A stretch of 24,000 bases of DNA from Acetobacterium woodii DSM 1030 (GTDB taxonomy: Bacteria; Bacillota; Clostridia; Eubacteriales; Eubacteriaceae). Below the pieces are notes generated by a model. That model saw only the letters and a list, made by a program, of their open reading frames with translations. It ran no database searches and was not told the origin of the DNA. Location of the stretch: positions 1,515,732 to 1,539,731 of the forward strand of contig NC_016894.1 of assembly GCF_000247605.1 (NCBI RefSeq), in the 5' to 3' direction. The translations under genes and the position numbers were made by a program. Shown here one piece after another: positions 1-9,404 of the stretch (positions are counted from its first letter, which is position 1; each line of letters starts with the position of its first letter).

Positions 1-1191
1 AAGTCATTGGCGGAAATAACCTATACTGGCGATACCCGGTTTCAGACCCTTAATGAGGAATTTGATCGTGTTTTGGGAGGCGGGATTGTTCCTGGTGGAA
101 TGATCTTGCTGGGCGGCGACCCGGGGATTGGGAAATCGACATTATTACTGCAAACAACCGAGACCTTGGGAAATCAGGGCTACAAAATTTTATATATTTC
201 GGGGGAAGAGTCCGAACAACAACTAAAAATGCGCGGGGAACGGATGGCGGTTAAGTCAGAGAACATTTTTTTCTTATCCGAAATTAATATTCCATATCTG
301 TTGACTGTGATCTTAGAAGAACGCCCGGATATCGTGATCATCGATTCAATCCAAACCATGTACAGCCCGGATATTTCATCAGCACCGGGAAGCGTCAGTC
401 AAATTCGCGAGAATACCGGGGCCTTAATGCAACTGGCTAAAAAAGATAATATCGCCATGGTGCTGGTGGGACATGTCACCAAAGACGGAGCCATTGCCGG
501 ACCACGGGTGTTAGAGCATATGGTTGATACGGTGCTTTATTTTGAAGGTGAAAAATATCATGCCTATCGGGTTTTGCGGGGGGTTAAAAACCGTTTTGGT
601 TCGACTAATGAAATCGGTATTTTTGAAATGACCCAAAAAGGACTGCAATCGGTTGTTAATCCTTCTGAAATGATGTTGGACAGCCGACCGGAAAATACCT
701 GTGGTTCAGTTGTGGTACCTTGCCTTGAAGGAACTCGGCCGCTACTGATTGAACTTCAAGGCCTGGTGTCAGCGTCAGGATTTGGAAATCCCCGCCGTAT
801 GGCAACCGGAATGGATTATAATCGGATGGTTTTACTGATGGCGATAATGGAAAAACGACTTGGCATTCAGTTACAGTCAGTGGATGCTTATATCAACGTG
901 GTTGGCGGGATTAAGGTTGATGAACCGGCGTTAGATCTGGGGGTCATTGCGGTGCTTTATTCCAGCCTGCGCGATTTTCAGATCCCCGGCGACTTAATGA
1001 TTTTAGGGGAAGTCGGTTTAACCGGAGAAGTCCGGAATATTCAACACATTGATAAACGGCTGATTGAAGGAAAAAAACTGGGCTTTAAGCGATGTATCAT
1101 TCCCAAAGGGAATAAAAAGGGGCTGAATGTGGCGGGAATGGAAATTCTTCCAGTGGATAATATCCGCGCAGCTCTGGATATTTTGTTATAA
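1..1191 (+). CDS. radA: DNA repair protein RadA (5'-truncated by window edge)
   Basis: Reading frame open from base 1 (KSLAEITYTGDTRFQTL...). Walker A GGDPGIGKSTLLL, RadA KNRFG motif (VKNRFGSTNEIG) and a C-terminal Lon-like domain (GGIKVDEPALDLGVI...GEVGLTGEVR). The N-terminal zinc finger lies outside the window. Confidence 0.97.
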   Translation, partial: KSLAEITYTGDTRFQTLNEEFDRVLGGGIVPGGMILLGGDPGIGKSTLLLQTTETLGNQGYKILYISGEESEQQLKMRGERMAVKSENIFFLSEINIPYLLTVILEERPDIVIIDSIQTMYSPDISSAPGSVSQIRENTGALMQLAKKDNIAMVLVGHVTKDGAIAGPRVLEHMVDTVLYFEGEKYHAYRVLRGVKNRFGSTNEIGIFEMTQKGLQSVVNPSEMMLDSRPENTCGSVVVPCLEGTRPLLIELQGLVSASGFGNPRRMATGMDYNRMVLLMAIMEKRLGIQLQSVDAYINVVGGIKVDEPALDLGVIAVLYSSLRDFQIPGDLMILGEVGLTGEVRNIQHIDKRLIEGKKLGFKRCIIPKGNKKGLNVAGMEILPVDNIRAALDILL

Positions 1192-1271
1192 ATAACAGGC
1201 GATTGAGCGCAGTAATATTGATTCACAGCGATAAACAAAAATTTATACTATCAATTTAACTAAAAACCATG

Positions 1272-1277
1272 TATAAT
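1272..1277 (+). promoter_or_regulatory. Perfect TATAAT -10 box just upstream of the ncRNA candidate
   Basis: TATAAT at 1272-1277 with no convincing -35 at 17 nt. The predicted start at about 1284 coincides with the 5' base of the long-range helix. Confidence 0.4.
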
Positions 1278-1283
1278 TAAATT

Positions 1284-1478
1284 ATCCCAAAGTGTTCGTT
1301 TTACTTTATTTTTGAACCTACATCAATACTCAGGGAGTCTGATTGTTCGTTAGCAGATGTTAGGCCTCATCATTTCAGTGGAAAACAGAACCTAAAGACA
1401 AGACACCCACCTAGCTTTCGCTAGGGCGTCAAAAATGGAGTACGACACGTTGGGATAGCACCTATGGGTGCTTTTTTT
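1284..1478 (+). ncRNA. Candidate structured non-coding RNA, family unresolved, with a long closing helix and intrinsic terminator
   Basis: CCCAA(1286-1290) pairs TTGGG(1450-1454). GTGT(1292-1295) pairs ACAC(1445-1448). CGT(1297-1299) pairs ACG(1442-1444). ACTTTATTTTTG(1303-1314) pairs CAAAAATGGAGT(1430-1441) over 12 continuous pairs including two G-U. Internal hairpins: CCTACATC/GATG(T)TAGG (1317-1324/1356-1364) and CCTAGC-TTTC-GCTAGG (1410-1425). A terminator follows. Confidence 0.62.
1457..1478 (+). terminator. Rho-independent terminator of the ncRNA candidate
   Basis: AGCACC-TATG-GGTGCT followed by a T run (1472-1478). Confidence 0.75.
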
Positions 1479-1501
1479 GTGGTTGTATTATTTTTTCGTT
1501 T

Positions 1502-1510
1502 TGGTACAAT
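1502..1510 (+). promoter_or_regulatory. Candidate extended -10 promoter for ruvAB
   Basis: TGGTACAAT (TGn plus TACAAT) 34 nt upstream of the ruvA start, with weak TTGTAT at 1483-1488 (16 nt spacer). Confidence 0.4.
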
Positions 1511-1544
1511 AGGTAAAGCACGTTACAATTTTGAAGGAGCGTTT

Positions 1545-2147
1545 ATGTACGAATATATGATCGGAAGCTTGGAAGAACAAGCCATAGATTATGTGGTGAT
1601 TGACTTGAACCACATGGGATACAAGGTTAAGGTATCCGCCAATACCCTTAATGAGTTGCCAAATCTGCATTCGGAGGTTAAGCTTTTTCTTCATCAGGTG
1701 ATCAAAGAAGACGAAGTCTCATTATATGGTTTTGCGACCATTGATGAACGCGAAATTTTCCGGACCATGATCGGAATTTCGGGTATTGGGCCCAAAGCCG
1801 CGATGGGGCTTTTGTCTCAGTTCAGCCGGAATGAACTGATCGGTCATATTGTCAACGATGATCCCAAAAGCATTGCCAAAGCCCCAGGAATCGGTACTAA
1901 AACCGCAAGTCGGATTATTTTAGAGCTTAAAGACCGTTACAAGGATGTCGCGGTGGCAGATTTAAAAACGATTGGGATGCGGGTAAAAGATGATAATGTT
2001 ACCCAGGCGATCAATGGACTGGTCGGGTTAGGTTATAGCGTTGCCGAAGCATCCGAAATGGTGTCCTTGGTATTTGCACCAAATAGCAGTATCGAGGATT
2101 TAATCACCGGTGCGCTCCGATCGGCCAATCCACTGAAGGGACGGTAA
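1545..2147 (+). CDS. ruvA: Holliday junction branch migration protein RuvA
   Basis: MYEYMIGSLEEQAIDYVVIDLNHMGYKV... with helix-hairpin-helix motifs (GIGPKAAMGLL, PGIGTKTASRIILEL). The ATG at 1545 has a GAAGGAG RBS. The upstream ORF extension to 1464 overlaps the terminator and is unlikely to be coding. Confidence 0.96.
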   Translation: MYEYMIGSLEEQAIDYVVIDLNHMGYKVKVSANTLNELPNLHSEVKLFLHQVIKEDEVSLYGFATIDEREIFRTMIGISGIGPKAAMGLLSQFSRNELIGHIVNDDPKSIAKAPGIGTKTASRIILELKDRYKDVAVADLKTIGMRVKDDNVTQAINGLVGLGYSVAEASEMVSLVFAPNSSIEDLITGALRSANPLKGR

Positions 2148-2150
2148 ACA

Positions 2151-3215
2151 ATGAAAGAACGAATCATCACCTCTGATTTTACGGAATTGGATGTGGAAAT
2201 CGAAAAAAATTTAAGGCCACAAGGTCTGGACGAATATATTGGACAGCAAAAGGTAAAAAAACAAATGAGCATCTTTATCAAAGCCGCTCAGAAACGAAAT
2301 GAAAGCTTGGATCATGTGCTCCTTTACGGACCGCCGGGGCTGGGAAAAACCACCCTGGCCAATATCATTGCCAAGGAAATGGGCGTTGGGATTAAAACCA
2401 CGTCAGGCCCGGCGATTGAAAAAGCCGGGGATTTAGCCGCGATTCTGTCGAGTCTAAAGGAAGGCGATATTCTTTTTATTGATGAAATTCATCGGCTCCA
2501 ACGATCGGTAGAAGAAGTGCTGTATCCGGCGATGGAAGATTATGCCTTGGACATCATCATTGGCAAAGGGCCGGGAGCACAATCAATTCGGTTGGAATTA
2601 CCGACGTTTACTTTGATTGGGGCGACCACCCGAGTTGGTCTGTTGACCTCACCACTGAGGGATCGCTTTGGGGTGATCCAGCGGTTGGAACTTTATAACC
2701 CCGAAGATCTGGCGACGATTATCAGGCGTTCATCGGGCATTATCGGCATTGAAATGGATGATGAAGGCGCCGTCGAGTTGGCCGTCCGATCGCGGGGAAC
2801 GCCACGAATTGCCAACCGACTGCTTAAACGAGTTCGGGATTATTGTGAAATCGAAGGGCGCGGGATTATCGATCTGCAGACCACCCGTGAGGCTCTCGAT
2901 CTTTTTGAAGTGGATGCTGTTGGTCTTGATGAAATTGATCGGATTATGTTAAAAACCATCGCCGAGAAATTTGATGGCGGCCCGGTGGGGATCGACACCT
3001 TGGCGGCGGCAATCGGCGAAGAAAAAAACACCATTGAAGAGGTTTATGAGCCTTATTTGATTCAACTGGGATTTCTTTCAAAAACACCCCGGGGTCGGAT
3101 GATTACCGGTCGCGGGTATAAACATCTGGGACTGGAAACATTAATGAATAACGTCTTGGATTTGCAGCAGCTAAAAATAAATTTTTATGATAATGAGGAA
3201 GAAATCGATGAATAA
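2151..3215 (+). CDS. ruvB: Holliday junction branch migration helicase RuvB
   Basis: [13 protein letters not shown], Walker [18 protein letters not shown] Walker B, RuvB C-terminal winged helix ([14 protein letters not shown]). Confidence 0.98.
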   Translation: MKERIITSDFTELDVEIEKNLRPQGLDEYIGQQKVKKQMSIFIKAAQKRNESLDHVLLYGPPGLGKTTLANIIAKEMGVGIKTTSGPAIEKAGDLAAILSSLKEGDILFIDEIHRLQRSVEEVLYPAMEDYALDIIIGKGPGAQSIRLELPTFTLIGATTRVGLLTSPLRDRFGVIQRLELYNPEDLATIIRRSSGIIGIEMDDEGAVELAVRSRGTPRIANRLLKRVRDYCEIEGRGIIDLQTTREALDLFEVDAVGLDEIDRIMLKTIAEKFDGGPVGIDTLAAAIGEEKNTIEEVYEPYLIQLGFLSKTPRGRMITGRGYKHLGLETLMNNVLDLQQLKINFYDNEEEIDE

Positions 3216-4233
3216 AGCGGATTTTTATTATGATCTCCCGGATGAACTGATTGCTCAATGTCCGTTGGAAAAAAGGGATAATTCCCGATTGATGGTGATT
3301 AATCGCGAGCGTCAGTCCATTGAAGACCGGAATTTTTATGACATAGTTGATTATTTAAAACCGGGCGATTTAATGGTCATGAATAACACCAAGGTGTTGC
3401 CGGGTCGATTATTTGGCACCCGTGAAGACACGGGTGGAAAAGTTGAAATCCTGTTGCTTCGACATTTGTCTGAAAAAGATTGGGAAATCATGGTTAAACC
3501 GGGAAAACGCGCCAAAGTGGGCGCCCGAATTGTTTTTAGTGAAGCACTTAAAGGTGAAATAACCGGTACGACCGAGGGCGGATTGCGGATTATCAGTTTT
3601 GAATATCAGGGCGTATTTGAAGAAATTATTGATGCGATTGGTTTGATGCCAGTTCCCCCCTATATTCATGAAACCCTAAAGGATAATAATCGCTATCAGA
3701 CGGTTTATGCTAAACGTGAAGGTTCTGCGGCGGCACCAACGGCGGGGCTTCATTTTACGCCGGATCTGATTGAAAAGATCGAAAATATGGGCGTCGAAAT
3801 AGTTGAGGTTACTTTGCATGTGGGGATTGGGACCTTCCGTCCGGTGAAATGCGAGGTAATTGAAGAACATCATATGCATGAAGAATATTATGAAGTGTCA
3901 GAAAAAACGGCCAAAGCAATTATGCGCACAAAAGCAAATGGTGGCCGGGTGATTGCCGTGGGCACAACTTCGGTCAGAACGTTGGAAAGTAACGCCAAAC
4001 TTCATGATGGGGTGGTGAGAGCTTATACCGGCATGACAGATATTTTTATCTACCCGGGTTATGAATGGGAAATAGTGGATGCGATGATTACCAATTTTCA
4101 TTTACCGGAATCAACCTTGCTGATGTTAGTCGCCGCTTTTTATAATCGGGATGCAATCATGGCCGCCTATCAAACCGCAATCGACTGGAAATATCGTTTT
4201 TTCAGTTTTGGAGACGCCTTGTTTATTGAATAA
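3208..4233 (+). CDS. queA: S-adenosylmethionine:tRNA ribosyltransferase-isomerase
   Basis: [30 protein letters not shown]..., [21 protein letters not shown] start/stop overlap with ruvB. The internal ATG at 3208 is preferred over the ORF-track start at 3187. Confidence 0.97.
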   Translation: MNKADFYYDLPDELIAQCPLEKRDNSRLMVINRERQSIEDRNFYDIVDYLKPGDLMVMNNTKVLPGRLFGTREDTGGKVEILLLRHLSEKDWEIMVKPGKRAKVGARIVFSEALKGEITGTTEGGLRIISFEYQGVFEEIIDAIGLMPVPPYIHETLKDNNRYQTVYAKREGSAAAPTAGLHFTPDLIEKIENMGVEIVEVTLHVGIGTFRPVKCEVIEEHHMHEEYYEVSEKTAKAIMRTKANGGRVIAVGTTSVRTLESNAKLHDGVVRAYTGMTDIFIYPGYEWEIVDAMITNFHLPESTLLMLVAAFYNRDAIMAAYQTAIDWKYRFFSFGDALFIE

Positions 4234-4299
4234 AAACGATGATCAACAATGAGAACGCGACAATCAGGTAAGAATGATTTAATTTTTAGCAGCTAATGA

Positions 4300-5445
<1,146 letters not shown>

Positions 5446-5463
5446 GAATGAAGGAGAATAAGA

Positions 5464-5820
5464 ATGGATTTTACATTAATTCTTCCTTTGATTTTAGTAC
5501 TTGTATTTTTTTATTTCTTTATTTTAAGGCCACAAAATAAACAACAAAAAGAAGTAAAAGAAATGCGATCAAGTATGAAACCGGGGGATGAAATTGTTAC
5601 AATTGGTGGATTTTATGGGATTGTTTATGCAATTGGCGAAGAAAACGTGACCATCGAATTATTGCCTGATTACCATAAAGCATTGATAACTAAATCAGCC
5701 ATTGCCCGGATTGTTACGGTTACCGAGACCGTTGCTGAAGATGACGATGATTTTGAAGAACTGGATGAAGAAACCGTTGTCGACGCAGAATTTGAAGAAG
5801 TTGAAGAAGAAAACAAATAA
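5464..5820 (+). CDS. yajC: Preprotein translocase subunit YajC
   Basis: Single N-terminal transmembrane helix then [39 protein letters not shown], with an acidic C-tail. Confidence 0.92.
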   Translation: MDFTLILPLILVLVFFYFFILRPQNKQQKEVKEMRSSMKPGDEIVTIGGFYGIVYAIGEENVTIELLPDYHKALITKSAIARIVTVTETVAEDDDDFEELDEETVVDAEFEEVEEENK

Positions 5821-5847
5821 AAATTAATCTTGAAGGGAGTGAACAAT

Positions 5848-5994
5848 TTGAAACACATTAAAATCATTAAAGAAGGAAAACTCACTGACGTAAAAAACAG
5901 AGGATGTGGGGAATGTCAAACTTCCTGTCAGTCAGCGTGTAAAACTTCCTGTACCGTCGGAAATCAAAAATGCAAACAAACGACTGAAAAATAA
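5848..5994 (+). CDS. scfA: Six-cysteine SCIFF peptide (RiPP precursor), 48 aa, absent from the supplied ORF track
   Basis: TTG start with AGGGAG RBS. Translation: MKHIKIIKEGKLTDVKNRGCGECQTSCQSACKTSCTVGNQKCKQTTEK. Six Cys in the SCIFF GCGECQTSCQSACKTSCTV core, immediately upstream of its radical-SAM maturase. Confidence 0.95.
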   Translation: MKHIKIIKEGKLTDVKNRGCGECQTSCQSACKTSCTVGNQKCKQTTEK

Positions 5995-6011
5995 TAACCA
6001 CGAGCCTGAGA

Positions 6012-6043
6012 GGGGCTGTCTCGCAAGAGATAGTCCCTTTTTT
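6012..6043 (+). terminator. Intrinsic terminator/attenuator between scfA and scfB
   Basis: GGGGCTGTCTC-GCAA-GAGATAGTCCC, an 11-pair stem with two G-U, GCAA tetraloop and T6 tail. Confidence 0.82.
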
Positions 6044-6060
6044 CATGAAGAGGAGAAAAA

Positions 6061-7410
6061 ATGATCCATAAATATCAAAAAAACGGACTGAATATTGTTT
6101 TAGATGTCGATACCAGTACGGTATTAACGGTTGATGATCTGACCTATAACATCTTAAACCAATATGAAACAAAAACACGAGCTGAAATTATTGAATTTTA
6201 TCAGCATAAATATATGGTTGCAGAAATAAATGAATGTCTGGACGAATTAGACAAGGTAAAAAAAGAAGGGCTTTTATTCCGGGAGATCAACTATCAACGG
6301 GAAAATTATGCCAATGAAGATTTAATCAAAGCCTTATGTCTCCATGTCGCCCATGACTGTAATTTAAAATGTACCTATTGCTTTGCCGCTCAAGGCGATT
6401 TTGATGGTGAAAAACTATTGATGCCCCTCGAAGTGGGGAAAAAAGCAATTGATTTTATTATTGAACAATCCAAGAACCGGGAAAATCTGGAAATTGACTT
6501 TTTTGGCGGCGAACCGCTGATGAATCTGGATGTCGTTAAAGAACTGGTTATCTATGGCAATCAGATGGCGGTCAAAAACCATAAAAAGTTTAAATTTACA
6601 ATGACAACCAACGGTGTTTTATTAAATGCTCAAACCCGGGAATACCTCAATGAAACGATGGATAACATCGTTCTTAGCTTGGATGGACGCAAAGAAGTTA
6701 ATGATCGTATGCGTCAAACCGTTAATGACCAAGGCTCATATGATGTGATTATTGATAACATTAAAGAGATGGCCGAAATGCGGGGAAACAAAGATCATTA
6801 CGTGCGGGGAACTTATACCCATCATAATCTTGATTTTTCAAAAGACGTACAATTTTTGGCAAAACAGGGATTTACGAGTATTTCAGTGGAACCGGTAGTT
6901 GCCGAGGCCAGTCACGATTATGCGCTGACAGAAGCAGATTTACCAACCATTATCGACGAATATGACGCGCTCGCGTTAACTTATTTAAAACGGCATCAAG
7001 AAGATCTTAACTATAACTTTTTTCATTTTAATGTAGATCTTGATCATGGACCTTGTGTTTACAAACGTTTATCAGGTTGTGGGGCCGGTAAAGATTATGT
7101 GGCGGTTACCCCGGAAGGCGATATCTATCCCTGCCATCAATTTGTCGGGAATGAAGCTTTCAAAATGGGTGATGTCAATAGCGGCATTACCAATGGGGAG
7201 ATCAAGAAGATTTTTGACGCCGGCAACCTGATGGAGAAAGAAGCCTGTCAAACGTGTTGGGCTAAATATTTCTGCGGCGGCGGTTGTCATGCCAATGCTT
7301 ATAATTTTAACGGAACGATTATGAAACCCCATTTTGTCAGCTGTGAAATTGAACGTTGCCGGGTCGAAAATGCGATTATGATTTCAATTATTGAAGGCGA
7401 ACAGGCGTAA
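6061..7410 (+). CDS. scfB: Radical SAM/SPASM thioether maturase for the SCIFF peptide
   Basis: Radical SAM CNLKCTYCFA, GGEPLMNLD, SPASM motifs CGAGKDYVAVTPEGDIYPCHQFVGNE and CQTCWAKYFCGGGCHANAYNFNG. Adjacent to the precursor. Confidence 0.96.
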   Translation: MIHKYQKNGLNIVLDVDTSTVLTVDDLTYNILNQYETKTRAEIIEFYQHKYMVAEINECLDELDKVKKEGLLFREINYQRENYANEDLIKALCLHVAHDCNLKCTYCFAAQGDFDGEKLLMPLEVGKKAIDFIIEQSKNRENLEIDFFGGEPLMNLDVVKELVIYGNQMAVKNHKKFKFTMTTNGVLLNAQTREYLNETMDNIVLSLDGRKEVNDRMRQTVNDQGSYDVIIDNIKEMAEMRGNKDHYVRGTYTHHNLDFSKDVQFLAKQGFTSISVEPVVAEASHDYALTEADLPTIIDEYDALALTYLKRHQEDLNYNFFHFNVDLDHGPCVYKRLSGCGAGKDYVAVTPEGDIYPCHQFVGNEAFKMGDVNSGITNGEIKKIFDAGNLMEKEACQTCWAKYFCGGGCHANAYNFNGTIMKPHFVSCEIERCRVENAIMISIIEGEQA

Positions 7411-7480
7411 AATTTGGGAATAAGTGTGAGCGATCAATAATAAATGAGTAGCGGTCGCGAAAGGAATGTCTCATGGAGTT

Positions 7481-7509
7481 TTGACAAGAATAGATATTTG
7501 TGGTAGATT
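7481..7509 (+). promoter_or_regulatory. Sigma-A type promoter of rho
   Basis: TTGACA (7481-7486), 17 nt spacer, TAGATT (7504-7509). Confidence 0.65.
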
Positions 7510-7526
7510 AAGATATCTACAAATAT
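7494..7526. repeat. Inverted repeat overlapping the rho promoter
   Basis: ATATTTGT (7494-7501) and ACAAATAT (7519-7526). An overlapping pair is TAGATAT (7491-7497)/ATATCTA (7513-7519). Confidence 0.6.
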
Positions 7527-7643
7527 AAAAATTCTCAGATATATCTACATTGATTACAAAAATCAATAAATACTTTAACATTAGAATTCTATTTAAATCA
7601 TCAAAACCACCCAAAACATTTAACTATCCATGGAGGCATAAAT

Positions 7644-9392
7644 TTGGAAAAGAAATCATTGGAAGACTTAACCGTTGTTGAATTACGCAAACAGGCGGAG
7701 CGTCTTGGCATCGAAAAAACCAGTCGACTTAAAAAAATTGAATTGATCGAGGCGATTGAAGAAAAACTTGAAAACGCGAAAGATCAAGGCGCACAAAAGC
7801 CGAATGACAAAAAGGAAAACGACGGATTGATAATTGAAAAAGAAACAACCGCAAAAAAACTGGACAAAAAAACGAGCAGTGAAAAAGGATCAAATGAAAA
7901 ACAGCCGCTGCCGACAAATCAACGGACCGTAAATGGGACAAACGGGAACAATACACGGTCACCGTATTATAAAATAAAAGACTCGATGGATAATGTCGTA
8001 GTGGTGGAAGGAAATCTGGAGATTTTACCGGAAGGATTTGGTTTTGTAAAAAACAAAGAGATGAAGACGAATGAAGAATTTGTTTACATCTCAGGGTCGC
8101 AAATACAAAAATTCAAACTCGAAACGGGCGATTTATTAAGCGGCAAGGTACGGCCACCAAAAACAGGCGAAAAATATTCGGCGATGTTATTTTTAGAAAA
8201 AGTTAACGGCACCAAAACGGCGGATATTATCCAAAAGATCAACAGCATGCTTTACGTTGATGAAAAAAAAGATCTGGAACGATTTAAAACCGCTCAGGAG
8301 GGAATTTTAGATGTCAATCCCGATGGCTTTGGTTTTTTAAGAACGAACCATTATCTGTCAGGGGATCATGATATTTATGTGGCCGCAAATCAGATTCGGC
8401 GCTTTAATCTTCGTACCGGCGACAAAATTGTTGGTAAAATTAAAATGTCCAGCGAAAATGAAAAATTTGATGCCTTATTGTATGTCGAAAAGGTCAATGG
8501 CGATATTCCAGAAAAAATTGCCAACCGTCCCCGCTTCGAACAACTGACGCCGATTTTTCCCGAAGAACGGATTGATCTGGAAACGACTCAGGACATAGTG
8601 TCAACCCGAATGATTGATCTGTTTTCACCAATGGGAAAAGGTCAGCGAGGTCTTATCGTAGCACCGCCTAAAGCCGGGAAGACCATTTTGCTCAAAGAAA
8701 TTGCCAACGGGATTACCACTAATCATCCGGAGATTGAATTAATCATTTTGTTGGTTGATGAACGACCGGAAGAAGTTACCGACATGAAACGCTCGATTGA
8801 TGCGGATATTGTCTATTCAACCTTTGATCAGCCCCCGGAAAATCACATTAAAGTGGCCGAAATTGTGTTGGAGCGTGGGAAACGATTGGTTGAGCAAGGT
8901 AAAGATGTCGTTATTCTGGTCGATAGTCTGACGCGTTTGACCCGTGGCAATAATCTGGTCGTGTCACCTTCAGGTCGAACTTTATCTGGAGGACTCGATC
9001 CGGAAGCCTTGTTTTTCCCCAAAAAATTCTTTGGTTCGGCACGAAACGTCGAAGAAGGCGGAAGTTTGACAATTCTGGCGACCGCCCTGGTCGATACCGG
9101 CAGCCGGATGGATGATATCATTTTTGAAGAATTCAAAGGCACCGGGAATATGGAACTACATCTGGAACGGGAATTAGCTGAACGACGAATTTTTCCGGCC
9201 ATTAATCTGAACCGCTCAGGAACTCGTCGTGAGGAAAAATTATTAACGACAGAAGAACTACGCGTCAGTTTTGATATTCGAAAACGCTACAAGGGAACAA
9301 CGGTTTATGATCTGACGGACAAGATTATTTCTATTTTGGAACGGACTAAAGACAATGAAGCTTTCATGAAAAAATTTATTGATAAAATTTAA
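7644..9392 (+). CDS. rho: Transcription termination factor Rho, with duplicated N-terminal cold-shock/OB RNA-binding domains
   Basis: TTG start with GGAGG RBS. Rho_N SAP-like start ([18 protein letters not shown]), two CSD-like copies, then [12 protein letters not shown], Walker A [67 protein letters not shown]-type core. Confidence 0.98.
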   Translation: [582 protein letters not shown]

Positions 9393-9404
9393 CATATAAA
9401 ATAT

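Noticed and set aside
1286-1478. Assigning the ncRNA firmly as 6S RNA or a riboswitch
   Set aside because: Length fits 6S, but the predicted continuous 12-bp internal helix is unlike an open central bubble. I could not find a hallmark riboswitch core or an anti-terminator strand. Left as family unresolved.
1464-1544. 5' extension of the ruvA ORF (MGAFFVVVLFFRFGTIGKARYNFEGAF)
   Set aside because: It starts inside the intrinsic terminator and crosses the candidate promoter and RBS. RuvA homology begins at MYEYMIGSL (1545).
2033-2281. Other small antisense or alternate-frame ORFs (1041-1238, 1488-1694, 2033-2281, 2749-2952, 2840-3034, 3409-3669, 3676-3879, 3898-4101, 4735-4926, 7729-7962, 12883-13170, 13394-13639, 14122-14337, 14249-14476, 14910-15170, 16325-16582, 18619-18954, 18870-19064, 21591-21791, 22163-22390)
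   Set aside because: All are shadows of well-supported conserved genes with no independent evidence of coding.
5882-6178. Antisense ORF of 98 aa over the scfA region
   Set aside because: Antisense to the clearly conserved SCIFF peptide and the scfB start; low-quality protein sequence.
8843-9202. Antisense ORF of 119 aa inside rho
   Set aside because: Mirror of conserved Rho ATPase codons. Composition is typical of an antisense shadow ORF and it lacks a supporting RBS or homology.
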